This document shows, one piece after another, positions 1 to 12,190 of a stretch of DNA of 64,000 nt. This DNA comes from Sphyrna mokarran (taxonomy: Eukaryota), in NCBI GenBank assembly GCA_024679065.1, contig JAGIQG010000022.1:5952001-6016000 (forward strand), in the 5' to 3' direction. The translations under genes were made by a program, and so were the position numbers. Position 1 is the first letter of the stretch. Each line of letters starts with the position of its first letter. Under the pieces are notes generated by a model. It had not been told where the DNA came from, did not search any database, and saw only the letters and a list, made by a program, of their open reading frames with translations.

Positions 1-363
1 TTCCCCTTCTTAATCAATCAATCTCTTGGTTTCCCTTTGTTGAATTCTAAACTGCTCCTAACTCTCTTTGTTGTTTATTCTAGCCAATTTGTAAGCCTCT
101 TTCTTGGGTCACCTATGCCCTCTTTTTATTCCCTCTTGTTTCTCCAACTCTAATTATTTTGTCTTCTGTGGTTCTCTATTTTTACTTTGTCTCAGTAGAA
201 TAGGTCCCTTGATATGGATGATGTCTGCACTGAATAGTGACACTGATTGAATCTCTGCAGGTAGCTCCAGGTTCCAGAACTATGGAGTTCTGTTGCAGGA
301 GGATAACCTAGACTAAAGTTGCCAGCTTTAGTTGAATATGTTCTTAGGAATTTTCAACATATT

Positions 364-470
364 GGGTAGGATTTTCTGGCCGCATTCACCCCAAAATTAG
401 AAAATCCCACCTGAGGTTAACAGACTTTTGCATGGTCTGATTCTCATGGCAGGTGGGATGGGACAATTCC
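364..470 (-). mobile_element. Short (~110-130 bp) MITE-like interspersed element, decayed copy
   Basis: Reverse complement aligns by eye with 18504-18631 and 22741-22850 (shared ...tctgttRRcctcRggYRggatttt... core; ends resemble GGCCGGAATTTTAC). Confidence 0.55.
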
Positions 471-1029
471 AATGATGATCTCCTGTCTCTAACTGCATCA
501 CCTTCTGTCGAGACACCTGATATGTCCACCTTTGCAATTCACTAACTTACAACTCAGCTGGAATGTGCACTGATTGAATGATAGTTAAGGATTATCCAAA
601 ATGTTCTGATTCCCATCTCCAGAATTAAATCCGGGTTGTTTACGGTAATGCCCTGGATATTCAGCAATGTTTCACAGAGACTCCACAATGAGTTAAAAAG
701 AGTAAAGAACTGGAGATACAGAACTTGAAACAGTGTTTCATATCATCACTGTGCCAGACTTTGAGGATCTTTGATTCTGTTCTGACACTTTACTCTCCAA
801 GCCACAATTCTGCAGAGCTGTCAACTTGGAATAAGTTGCAGGTGTGAGAATGTTGATGTTGAGTCAGCTGCATGCTCTCACCATAAACAAAACCACACCT
901 TAACACAGAATGTCAGTATGCATTTCAAGACACTCCAACATAAAACAGAACAAACAATTCTTTATAGACTAACACAAACACTATGTACAATGGAGTGTAA
1001 CACATACCAAAATTACATCAACTAGTAAA

Positions 1030-1150
1030 ATTAAAGCAATAGGCTGCAGCTGCTGAAAATCTGAAATAAAAACAGAAGGTCCTGGGAAAAAGCTCAGCAG
1101 GATTGGCAGCATCTGTGGAGAGAGAAACAGTGTTAACATTCAAGTCTATG
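1030..1150. mobile_element. Penelope-type terminal repeat fragment
   Basis: gctgaaaatctgaaataaaaacagaa...ctcagcagg...ggcagcatctgtggagagagaaacag matches the copies at 10626, 11670 and 30145; shorter pieces at ~2355-2450 and ~4763-4815. Confidence 0.6.
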
Positions 1151-3890
1151 TGCATTTATATTATATTACAACCTTCTTGATTAGAGTTATGATGACTTTC
1201 TATATAGGTACTATACATTATTGGCAATAACATGAATAAGGATATTATCAACATACAAAATAAAGGATGATATGGAATAACAAAATAATATGAACTAGTG
1301 TTAGCGTACAGACCAGAAACGCTAAAGTGTTATGAACTCCAACTATACCCCAACAGTTTTTCTATTTTGACATTAGTGTAAGGGTTAGATGTTTCACTCT
1401 ATGTCTGGTTTTAATTATACACTAAGGTTTTATCAAAACAAACTTTATTTAACAATTCAGTTTGACTATAATGAATGAATTAGCTTAATTTTTACTAATT
1501 GAAATATAATTCCTAACTGATAACCTACCTCTATTAGTTGCAGTTCAAGCAATATTCCTCTGATGGACTTAACTCCTCTTCAAAATCAGTTAGCAACACA
1601 CTGGTTTACACGCTCATACTTTGCCAGTCCTTGAACCTCAAGACATCTCTAGGGAGAGATAGAGGGAAATCTATTTCTCCTAGCAAGTCCCAAACAGCAA
1701 CCTCCACAGGGATGGAAAGGACATCTCTTGCTTCTTTCAAAGCCCAGCAATAACTGCTTGCTTTTCTCTGCAAATTTAGCTCCTCCCTTTAAAACACATG
1801 ATTTTGTCAATCAACCTAATCAAAACCCCACTCAGAAACCCCAGGGGGGAAAAAAAAACAAAAATACATTAACTCAGATTAAAACAAACATATGCCTAGC
1901 TAAAATCAATCAGCCTGCATTCTCAACATATGAGCTGCCTGGTGCCCAGACAAATTGGCACCATGTAAATCAGAGCTGAATTTTAAACATATCCCTTACA
2001 AGAACAATTATATAAATGCATTTTTTAAAGACATAGTATCATAACACTATACATTATATAGAACATCACTACATAATTACATGTTTTTGCATTATATGTA
2101 GCAAATACTGTAGAAGAAATGTTATATGTGATGTGGAATAATTCAGAATATCATATAATTGTAGTATTAAATAGTCTGGAGAGTAATGTAGCGTCATAGT
2201 GGAGATGATAGGAGGTAATAACAATAAAAATGCTTTGTTGTGCATGGATATAACATGATATCCTCAATTCATTATAAAAAATATCCATGTTAAATCTGTA
2301 GATTCATTATGGCATACATTATATAGCACATTATATAGCACAGTTTACAGTAGAACATGCAGATACTGGAAAACTAAAATTAAAATAGAATACGCCACAA
2401 ATGCAGACACAGAGCAGTCAGAATGAGAGAGAGAAAAGTCAAGTTCGTGTATTTTTAAAAACATATTTTGGAATTACATCTGAGCTGTTCCTTCAAGTCA
2501 CTTATAAATCAAGGGACAGGTCATAGGGAAAAACTAAATGAAATATAATACTGTGTAACAATTCACTTGAAAATCATTATCAGTTCATAATTGAGTGAGT
2601 TAGTCAGCTTCCAGTCACAAAGCACACTTGTTCATTCTGAAGCTGGCTAATATGGAAATCATGCAGTAGTGTAGGAAAATATACTTTGGTTAGAATCATT
2701 AGAACGTATGGCATAAATAGCCATTCACCTCTGTGCCATCTCCATGGAAAGCTATCCAATTAGTCCCATGTCCCCATGATTTTCTTTCTGTTTCAAATAT
2801 TTATCCAATTCTGGCCAATTATGAGAATGAGGCTTTGCTCCCTGACATCATCCTGAACAGTCAAACTCAAAATTTGATGTTGTTTTGTCCCCTTGATTTA
2901 AGACAATCTATCCATCATAATCAATCCCTTGCATCATCTTAAAAGTCTCAGTTCAAGTCCTATGTATTCATGGAATTACGAGCCTGATTTATAATCTATG
3001 TCAGAATTCATCTCCTTAAGACATTCCAATTAAACTGCACCACACCCCCTCATGGGGTCTAATCAGAACCCTTCCCAACTGTAACATAATTTCCAAATTT
3101 TGATATTATTCCTTCTTCCCTAATGCAGTGTCACTGAGACTAAGTTTAGCAACTCCAACTGAGATGAACCAATCCAGTACACAAATGGAAATTGGGAACA
3201 TTTAGTCCACATGATTTAATCTTGGCACGTGTTCCATTTCCACATCTAGTAACTGGGGAGTAACAGCACCGCGCGCCGCACCCCCCTTTACCTTTGAGAC
3301 AATGACTGCTCTTTTCAATTGCTCAATCAGACAAGGGTTTGGATTCTCGGGTGACCTCAGTGGAAGCTGGCTAGACTACACTTGAATCTATTTACCTGAT
3401 TGCTGGGATATATTTTGATTAATTGTCCACAGATGTTAGGACTCCACATCTGGAACTGATCCATTCCATCAAGTAATTAGTAAAAGTGACCAATAATCAT
3501 CAATTTCCAAATCTCAATGATAATAACCATCAGGTGTATGTCTCTGACACTCAGCCCTGATCCTGATGCATTGACCAATACGAGGGCTTGTTTTTATAAT
3601 TAGTCATTCATAGTGAACCAGGTTAAAGATGTCTCTCTTATCCAAGACTTATGTAGCACAAGTTGCATCTTGTATGGGACAGGATCCATTTCCACGTTCC
3701 CTCTCTTCAGCACAGTGGAAGCAGGAACTCTCTCGGGGATCACAATGTCTGAGGAAGGAGAGTGTGGCATTGAGAAAACTTGTTTTAGTCACATTTTTGC
3801 AATCACCCAAAGATAAAATATCCATATACAGCAAATACAATTTGAATTAGTGAAGACCTTTTAACCCAGCCAACTGCGGCAGATTCCCAG

Positions 3891-4055
3891 TGGGGCTGCA
3901 CAGTGGCACTGTTGCCTCGTGGTGCCAGAGACCAAGTTCAATTCTGGCCTTGGGTAACTGTGTGGAGTTTACATGTTGTCCCTATGTCTGCATGGGTTTC
4001 CTCCAGTTTCCTCACATAGTCCAAAGATGTGCAGGTTAGATGGATTGGCCACTGA
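3891..4055 (+). mobile_element. tRNA-derived V-SINE (HE1-like), 5' half, decayed
   Basis: Decayed A/B-box head (cagtggcac...gttcaattc) followed by tgtgtggagttt...gggtttcctcc...gtccaaagatgtgcaggttag, as in other copies in the window. Confidence 0.8.
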
Positions 4056-4619
4056 AAAAGACATTTTCATTGGGAGGTGTTTGGGAAATGGTGGTGGGGG
4101 GAGGGAGCTAAAAAGATTTCCCCACTTTGTTCAGAAGCATTCAATCCACCCACACTGTTCAAATCTTGAGATGGGTAAACACAGCACATAAAGAGAAATG
4201 AGTGTCACTCCATACCTCTCTGTGACTCACAGAACTGGCTCCTTACACACACACACACACACCAGGATAGCCCAGATTGAAAGGAGCCTTGGAGCCTGCT
4301 GGTAAATGTTAATGGATTATATATCTGACATCCATTGTCAGTTTGCGTTTACATTCCAAACAAATCCTGTCACAGGAATAAAGGAGCCGGATTTAGCAAT
4401 GTAAACTCATGGTCCTCCGGAATCCCAACTAAAAATAGCATTAAGAAATGGAAGGTATCTCAAACTTGCCTTGAGATACACAAGCCCTTAGCTGGTCGAG
4501 ATTGATAGCGCAATAGAGTTTTGCCTCCTGACGGATCTGGAGCAGCAATAGTGTTAATAGGGCTTGAACTAGGTGTGAAAGATACCCATGCTGAGTGTAA
4601 TTACTACATGTGGGGTTAT

Positions 4620-5030
4620 GATTTTCTATAGCACCTTGTCATGACCTCAGGGCACATATTACAGCCAATTAAATACTTTTGAAAAGCAATCCTGGTTGTA
4701 AAGTTGGGATATTTGATCTTTTTCCACACAAGTAAACTCCCACAAACAATAATTTGATCATTAAAGCAAAAAGTGCTGCAGATGTTGGAAACCTGGAATA
4801 AAAACAGAAAATATTCTGCATTTAGGTCAAAATGTGGATACTACTCAGGGAGGGTAAAGATTGACCAGAATATCAGAGTGAACTTTGTTAGATAATCTGC
4901 AGGAATTTGTACCTCAATTTAACAGGGTAGATGGTCTCAGATTAACAACTGCCTCCAGTAATGCCACGATCCTCAGTATGGCAATCAGATGCCAGTCTAG
5001 ATCATGTGCTTAAATCAAACCAATGTCTGA
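4620..5030 (-). mobile_element. Deu-domain-type SINE remnant
   Basis: Reverse complement resembles the + strand tails at 7015-7155 and 30060-30410 (gtgggaNNttNct...acaac...caaaagta...ttggctgta...gctatag). Confidence 0.5.
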
Positions 5031-5044
5031 ACTCTGCAGGATTC

Positions 5045-5745
5045 ACAGTGTCTACACCGACCACCAAGCACCTATCTATTCTCATCCCATTTTCCAGCAC
5101 TTATCCTGCAGTCCTGAATGCTATGATGTTGTGAGTGCACATCTAAATGCTTCTTAAATGTTGTGAGGGTCCTCACCCCTTTCGCTCTTTCAGGCAGCAA
5201 GTTCCAGATTCCCACCATCTCAGGATGAAAATGTTTCTCCTTAAATCCTCTCAAAATCTTCTGTCCCTTCCATTCAATTTGTGACCCCTGGTTATTGAAC
5301 TCCCCCCCCCCCCCCACCCTATACTAAGGGGAAAAGTTTCTTTCTATCCACCTTATCTATGTCCCTTATAATTTTGTGCACCACGATCATGTTCCCCCTC
5401 AGTCTTCTCTGTTGCAAGAAAAAACGACCCCAGCTTTATCAGCCTTTTCATAGCTGAAACTCCAATCCAGGCAACACCCAGGAATCTTTGGACATGCACT
5501 CCAAGGTCTTTTTGGCCCTCTACTTGCCAACATCCTATCGTTCACTGTGAATCCTCTTGTCTTGTTAGTCCAAAGTACATCAGCTCACATTTTTGAAGGT
5601 TAAATTCTATTTGCCACTGTTCTGACCAGCCCATCTATATCATCCTGTAAGGCTTTCCTCCTCATCATTTACCACACCATCAATTCGTTTGGCACCTGTG
5701 AACACACTGATCATATCTCCTACATTCCCATCTAGATCATTAAGG
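5045..5745 (-). mobile_element. CR1-type LINE 3' fragment
   Basis: Minus-strand translation KHFHPEMVGIWNLLPERAKGVRTLTTFKKHLDVH resembles the CR1 ORF2 C-terminus (FF..RVV..WN.LP...V....L..FK..LD). Confidence 0.8.
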
Positions 5746-5876
5746 TGCCAATGAATAAATACATGCTGTCAGAGTTTTCATTAATTGACCTAAATTCCAA
5801 CATTTCTTGGTTGATTTTACACTGTGACAGGAGTGATATACCCACACTTAATGCCAGATAATCAGATTCAAAAGCC

Positions 5877-5950
5877 TCACCAGGTTAAAGTCCAACAGGT
5901 ACAACTTCTTACTGTGCCTACCCCACTCCAACGCTGGCATCCCCACATCA
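5877..5950. mobile_element. Internally deleted remnant of a second Penelope-type terminal repeat
   Basis: caccaggttaaagtccaacagg joined to acttcttactgtgcctaccccactccaacgctggcatccccacatca, recalled as the ends of a common shark repeat; assignment from memory only. Confidence 0.4.
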
Positions 5951-6159
5951 TAGATAATCAGATGTCAGCTCCAAGATTCATCTCAATAATCTGAGTCTAA
6001 ACTAATGTGGAGTTACCTTTTAGTTAACAACATAATGTACTTTCCATATCTCATTTCACCTTAAACATTTAATGTGCACCAGACTGAGGTTTATTCAATG
6101 CATGGGTACCAATAATGGATCTACATCACTGACATGGCATTATAGCAGCCTGTCAGTGG

Positions 6160-6727
6160 AGGGATGTGTTGTTACAATTCTACAGGGCATTGGTGAGGCC
6201 ATGCCTAGCATATTGTGTGCCATTTTGGTCTCCTGTTTTGAAGAGGAATACTCTTGCTCTTGAGGGAATGCAGTGAAGGTTTATCAGGCTGATTCTAGGG
6301 TTGGTGGAACTAATGTATGAGGAGAGATTGACTTAGATAGGATCGTTTTCAATGGAGTTCAGTTGAATGTGGGGAAAGCTCATAGAGACTAGGCAAAGAG
6401 GATATTCCCGATGGTGGGGGAGTCCAGAACCAAGGGTCACAGTCTTCAAGGATTCAGGGTAAACCATTTAGGATGGAGGTGAAGAGACATTTCTTCACCC
6501 AAAAAGTGGTGAGCCTGTGGAACTCATTACCACAGGAAGGACTTGATGCCAAAACATTGAATGTATTCAAGAGGTGGCTGGATATTGCACTCGGGACAAA
6601 TGGGATCAAAGGTTATGGGGCAAAAGCAACTATTGAGTTGGATGATCAACCATGATTGCAATGAATGGCAGAGCAGGCTCGAAGGGCCAAATGGCCTCCT
6701 CCTGTTTTCATCTTCTACATTTCTATG
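6160..6727 (+). mobile_element. CR1-type LINE (HER1-like) 3' fragment
   Basis: ORF 6473-6655 EVKRHFFTQKVVSLWNSLPQEGLDAKTLNVFKRWLD is the CR1 ORF2 end; followed by the tail gagcaggctcgaagggccaaatggcctcctcctg. Confidence 0.9.
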
Positions 6728-7014
6728 GAAGGTCAGTTTTGGGTATGGGCTTCAACCTAGAAACTCCTAAGAAGTGAAGGAGCCGCCAACTCTGGCCATC
6801 TGTATCACCTTTCTATTTCAGATCTCGTGGTCAGTTCTCTGTCAGAGTGTGTCACTAAAATGGAATATTTTGTCATGGCTTTGTTCCTCATGGAAGGATA
6901 AACTCAAAGTATTCATTCAGCACTTTTACTGATCCCATCATGTACACATCAGCAGGCTGTGCTAAACTGCAATTGCCAAATAACAATATTTTAGCTCTCG
7001 CTAACATTACTAGA

Positions 7015-7155
7015 ATGGTTTATCTGGTCAGCATCTGCTATTGGTGGGAGTTCATGTCCAAAAATTGATTGTTACATTTCCAACATTACAACAGTGGCTG
7101 CCATTCAGAAATACTTTGGAATGCCCTGAAGTAATGAGAGGTGCTATATAAATAA
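7015..7155 (+). mobile_element. Deu-domain-type SINE 3' fragment
   Basis: ...acatttccaacattacaacagtg...tttggaatgccctgaagtaatgagaggtgctatataaat tail. Confidence 0.55.
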
Positions 7156-7414
7156 CATTACACTTTAAAGATACAGTTGCAAACTGCTTTCTCACCAGCC
7201 TTTGTTACAATGATGTAGAATTTCATAGGGGGTCAGTGTGAGGTGCTCAGTTTCATAGACCCATGAATGATGGTTGTTCTGTAATGACCTAGAGTCTTCT
7301 TGTTTGTCAGATGTAATTAATTACAGAACCAGAATTCAAGACCAAATAGCAGAGATCAGAGGATACGCAAATTGCTGACTTGAAAATGTAGTGATGATTG
7401 TAATCAGCATCATT

Positions 7415-8130
7415 AATTGCAGAGTAATGTCACTGAACTAATCATCCAAAGGCTTTTATGTTCTGGGGATGTGGTTCAATTCCCACATTCAGTTAATAAA
7501 CCTGGAATTGAAAGCTAGCCTTAGCAATGGTGACCATGAAGCTATAATTAATTGTTGTAAACCATCTTGTTCACTTAGAGGAAGAAACCTACCACCTTTA
7601 TTTGGTTTGGCCTACCTGGAGGTGGGATGATAAAGTGGCATAGTGGTTAGCATTGCTGCCTCATAGCATCAAGGACCTGGGTTCAATTCCAGTCTCAGAT
7701 CATTGTTTGTGTGGAATTTGCACGGTCTGCTTGTGTGGGTTTCCTCTGGGTTCTCCGGTTTCCTCCCACAGTCCAAAGATGTGTGGGTTAGATTGATTAG
7801 CCATGCTAAATTGCCCCTAATGTCAGAGGGATTAGCAGGCCAAATATGTGATCTTATGGGAATAGAGCCTGGGTGGGATTGTGCTGGTGCAGAGTCAATG
7901 GGCTGAATGGCCTCCTTCTATACAGTAGGGATTCTATAATTCTATGATTTTATGTGACTCCAGACCCACAACACTCTGGCTGACTTTTAAATGGTCTCTG
8001 AAATGGTCTAGCAAACGACTCAGTTCAAGAGTGATTAAGGATGGTCAATAAATGCTGGCCTAAATGGGCAATAAACGCTGGCAATAGATGCTTGTCGGCC
8101 ATGCCCACGTAACAGGAAAGAATGAAAAAA
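7415..8130 (+). mobile_element. SINE (SacSINE1/Deu-like) split by a nested HE1-like SINE
   Basis: Left part ends ...tggcctac (~7615); right part resumes at atgtgactccagacccaca (~7952). An uninterrupted antisense relative lies at 61610-61938. Confidence 0.65.
7633..7953 (+). mobile_element. Full-length HE1-like V-SINE
   Basis: A box gtggcatagtggttagc, B box gggttcaattcc, V-domain-like core, CR1-like tail ggctgaatggcctccttct and (attctatg)n end. Confidence 0.9.
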
Positions 8131-9807
8131 AGGGTATAAGGAAAGAATTTTGGATTGAAATTTGAGGTCCAAGTTCATTCATTATTTTAGAATGTTAACC
8201 TACACGAATATGTAACTGTGGCTCTCCACACTTTACAATCCTTCCCCCATCTTCATCCCTTCAGCTAGTTTTCTGTCGGCTGTATGTGGAGGAGGGGAGA
8301 TGCTGGCCAGTGCCAGTTAGGCTCACTGCCTCTGGACGGAGTTTTACCAACTCCTGCCATGTTTGCTCGCTGCGCTCTTTCATCTCTACCTGTGGCCGAT
8401 TCCTAACGTCGCGCTAACTTCATCTAGCAAGGTATGAAATCTAATCCCCAATCTGAGGGTGACCAGGGATGGGTAATAAATGCTGCTTTGCCAGTGACAT
8501 TCACCATCCCCGGAGTGAATTCTTTAAACTTCAGCACAGATAATGGACTGAAACCGAATTCACTCCTAGTCGGTACATTGAAGATACTATTTTTAAACTT
8601 TAAACCAAAATGGATTGAATGCTCAATGTAAATTTTGGGAACGTAGATTTTGAAGCACTTTGATCAAGTTTGCCCAGTTTGAATGGTATTTTCTAAAATG
8701 TATCTTAATGTTTCTTCCTTAATCTTAACCCTTTCTACTTTGCTCTCTGCAACTATGATTTAGAATGGAGCTCGGCAAAGGGTTAATCTTTCATTGCTAC
8801 AACGGGTATTGCTGACAGACGTGAGGGCGGGGATTGCTGAGGTCTTGGACAGACTCGTCCCATGAAGCTTTCACTCTTAATAAATGTAGCTTTAAATTGC
8901 TGGAACTACAGATGAAACATGCAGTCTTGCAGCGCTCTGCGAATATCAGGCACTGGGTCCATCTAATAATGTTTATGATCTGTTTTGAAAATGTTTCAGA
9001 ACAGCTTGATTGTAGCCAGCGGGTTTTCATCTCAGGTGATTTAACACTGTATGGCACAATCAAAAATGAAACCCACATTTCTCTCTCTCCCAGTTGTTCG
9101 GACGGATTTCTGCTACATCTTAGCCAGTCACTCGCCGTGTCTGTGAGGTTTCATCATCGACAGATGGCCCGACCTTTACCTGCGGGCAATTCTGATCCTG
9201 ATCTACTCCCCCTCCGTTAAAATATGTAAAACCATCAAAGACTGACTGCGTGCCTTGCAGAGAAGGCTGCTTGGCTCGATTCAACTCCTGACTGTAAACT
9301 TTACCTGTATCGAAATCAAAGTAGAGCGACAGATTCCTGTCTGCGATTTGAACTAACGATTGCTTGATGTGTCCCCCCCCCCCCTCCATCTTGACTTTGT
9401 GAATATTCTAAGTGAAGATTTGGTATGTTTAAAATAAAAGGGTGCTTTAAAAAGAGAGAGAACTGGAACCGCAATCACTGTGTTTGAATTTTAATGTTTG
9501 TAATTTTAGTAGCTGTCATGGTCTTGGGATTAAATCATAAAGAATTGGATCAGGGGTGGTTGCCTGTTCTTGCAGCAACTGCCCTCGTTAAAACAGTGGA
9601 GAAAATAATTTAATATAAACCTACTGACTGCCCAAAAGGGGAGGGGACCATCCGCCCCTCCAACATTATACTTCAATTAAATTAACCATGTCTGATCCTT
9701 ATCTCAATTCCGTTGATCTGTTTTGATTCCATCCTTCAATGTCTTTACCAACTGAGACATTAGTCCTTTTTTTAATTGCCCCTCCTCCCGCCCCAACCCA
9801 ACCACAA

Positions 9808-10190
9808 TTTGTTTGATTTGATTTGATTTATTAGTATTAGTATACAGTGAAAAGTATTATTTCCTGCGCGCTATGTAGGCAAAACATACCGTTCATAGAG
9901 ATGGAAACGAGAGAGAGTACAGAATGTAGTGTAACAGTTATAGCTAAGGTTGTAGAGAAAGATCAACTTAATGCAAAGTAGAGTCCATTCAAAAGTCTGA
10001 CAGCAACAAGGAAGAAGCTGTTCTTGAATCGATTGGTATGTGACCTCAGACTTTTGTATCTTTTTTTCCCGAAGGAAGAAGGTGGAAGAGAGAATGTCCG
10101 GGATGCATGGGGTCCTTAATGATGCTGGCTCTTTTGCCCAGACAGTGGGAAGTTAGACAGAGTCAATGGATGGGAGGCTGGTTTGTGTGG
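9808..10190 (-). mobile_element. Rex/Babar-type LINE 3' end
   Basis: Reverse complement matches 62085-62492, including the (TTTGA)n tail. Confidence 0.85.
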
Positions 10191-10625
10191 AGTTGCAGAT
10201 TTCCTTTCTGTAAAGTGTCTCCTGACCATTGCTCCCAGGCTGGTTCTGCTCTTGGGGTTAATCTCAGTGACCTGCTTTCCATATTGCTTGTTTTATAACA
10301 TGTCGCTATCAGAAATGCTCCGAGAATTCGTTTCCCAGATGTTCAGTGAAAGAGGGGTAATATTTTGAAAGCTGAAAAAAATATCTGGAGCACAAAGGAG
10401 TCAAACTGCCTATAAATCAACCTTCCCTTCAGACTTGGCCCCGGTTAGTTGGAATTCAGACAATCGAATCTTATTATGGACAGGATTCAGGATTGTGAAA
10501 GAACAGTGTAGGGTAACAAAGCTGACGACTGGACACAAGCACGGCAATATTTAAGAGTTTAAATGAGTTTTTAAAAAGGTTTACAATCAGCAGCTGAAAC
10601 AATGTGTTAATTTAGTGCATCAAGT

Positions 10626-10813
10626 AATAAAAGCAAATAATTACTGCGGATGCTGGAATCTGAAAAGAGAAAACGCTGGAAAATCTCAGCGGGTCTGGCA
10701 GTATCTGGAAGGAGAGAAAAGAGCTGATGTTTCGAGTCCAGATGATCCTTTGTCAAAGCTCTTTTCTCTCCAGATCTGCTGAGATTTTCCAGCATTCTAT
10801 CTTTGGGTTTCTA
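10626..10813. mobile_element. Penelope-type inverted terminal repeat remnant with probable target-site duplication
   Basis: Internal inverted arms (ctggaaaatctcagc...gctgagattttccag); flanked by tgcatcaagt (10616-10625) and tgcatcaggt (10814-10823). Confidence 0.7.
10711..10771 (-). ncRNA. Decayed minimal type-I hammerhead ribozyme (U3-A8 core variant)
   Basis: Minus strand reads GGAGAGAAAAGAGCU-UUGACAA-A-GGAUC-AUCUG-GACUC-GAAAC-AUC-AGCUCUUUUCUCUCC: stem I, core, stem II, GAAA and an NUH triplet in hammerhead order. Confidence 0.55.
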
Positions 10814-11669
10814 TGCATCAGGTGTTAGTGCCGAATGAATATCTTCCCTACCTGTGTTGTAGGGGAGTTAAGAATTTAACAATACGAACTGAAGTTTCCT
10901 CTCAGTGATCCAGCTGGGAATGGCATCACCGGCGTTAACTTATTTTGATTTGAGCAAATGCAACATAATGGTACCCAGATTCTTGAGCAAGGCGTGACCA
11001 CTTGGTGCTGACTCAGAGAACAGCCCCTGTTTAAGACTCTGACATGAGAGGTGTCTTCATACTGCCCGCTCGGTGCTGATCTTAAACCACTTGGCAACAA
11101 CGTTGAGAGTTTCGGGTTGAATCCAGGAGCCAAGTTACAGTTCGAGAGAAACGATGCGAGGACCAAGTCTCTGAGAACAGCTCACCATCAACCTGGAGTG
11201 TTAATGATAGAGATTGGCGGCGAGATTTAACTGACCCGCAGAGATACTGAAATGTTAGCAGTGTGTGTGGGACACTGTGACCCGTGCCCTCAACAGATTG
11301 AAATGTTAATTGTTGCGGCAGTAACCAGGTTTGCAGAAGTTTAATCACAAACCTCCCCTGTCAATACTGAGATGATTCGTTTAACCAGTGAACAAAACAA
11401 AGCGTTCAAAACCTTGTGTAAAAATTCTCCCATTTGTATTTTTATTCCCGGTGGGATTATCCTGTGCGTTCGCGATCAGAAGAGGATTTCAGGAAAGAAA
11501 GTACATCCACTTTTCGGAACTCACACCCAGAATTTTTAATACCCAATGAATTACTTCTAAAATACCGTCGTATTATTGGGAGATTGCAAGCCAGAAAGGC
11601 ACAGCAGGATCCCACAAGCTGAAATGAAATCATTGATAACCGCATGCTGCTGAATGAGGGATAGGATTT

Positions 11670-11808
11670 GCTTTCACAAAAGATCATCTGGACTCGAGAC
11701 GTCAGCTTTTTTCTCCCCTTACAGATGCTGCCAGACCTGCTGAGATTTTCCAGCATTTTCTCTTTTGGTTTCAGATTCCAGCATTTGCAGGAATTTGCAT
11801 TTATTTTG
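11670..11808 (+). mobile_element. Penelope-type terminal repeat with mutated hammerhead core
   Basis: gct-ttcacaa-aagatcatctggactc-gagacgtc-agct followed by the same body as the 10.7 kb copy; lies inside an antisense Deu-type SINE remnant. Confidence 0.65.
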
Positions 11809-11940
11809 TATAGGCATTGCCGCCCCCTCCCCCCCCCGCCCCCGGCCCCGGGCTAAATTCCCGATAAGTTTAACGCGAGGCTAATCCATGCAATTGTGAT
11901 TGTAAACACAATAACATTTTCACCCTCAGCATTTCAGCAT

Positions 11941-12190
11941 TTTATTTGTCACAGATAGACTTACATTAACACCGCAGTGGAATTACTGTGCAGTTCCCCT
12001 GGTCGCCATACTCCGTCGCCTGTTTGGGTATAGTGAGGGAGAATTTAACACGGCCAATGTACCTAACCAACATGTCTTTCGTACTGGGGGAGGAAACCGG
12101 AGTACCCGGAAGAAACCCACGCAGACACGGGGAGAATGTGCAGACTCCACACAGACAGTGAACCGGAACCAGGAATCGAACCCGGGTCCC
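11941..12190 (-). mobile_element. V-SINE variant (tail ...cttacttgtgactaataaa type)
   Basis: Reverse complement has B box gggttcgattcc, the V-domain-like core and the same tail as 20880-21134 and 28895-29143. Confidence 0.85.

Noticed and set aside
7633-7700. tRNA-like A and B boxes (also 20880, 29140, 35335, 59210)
   Set aside because: Heads of tRNA-derived SINEs, not cloverleaf tRNA genes.
8834-9220. 128-aa ORF
   Set aside because: No recognisable homology, non-ATG start; more likely non-coding regulatory sequence.
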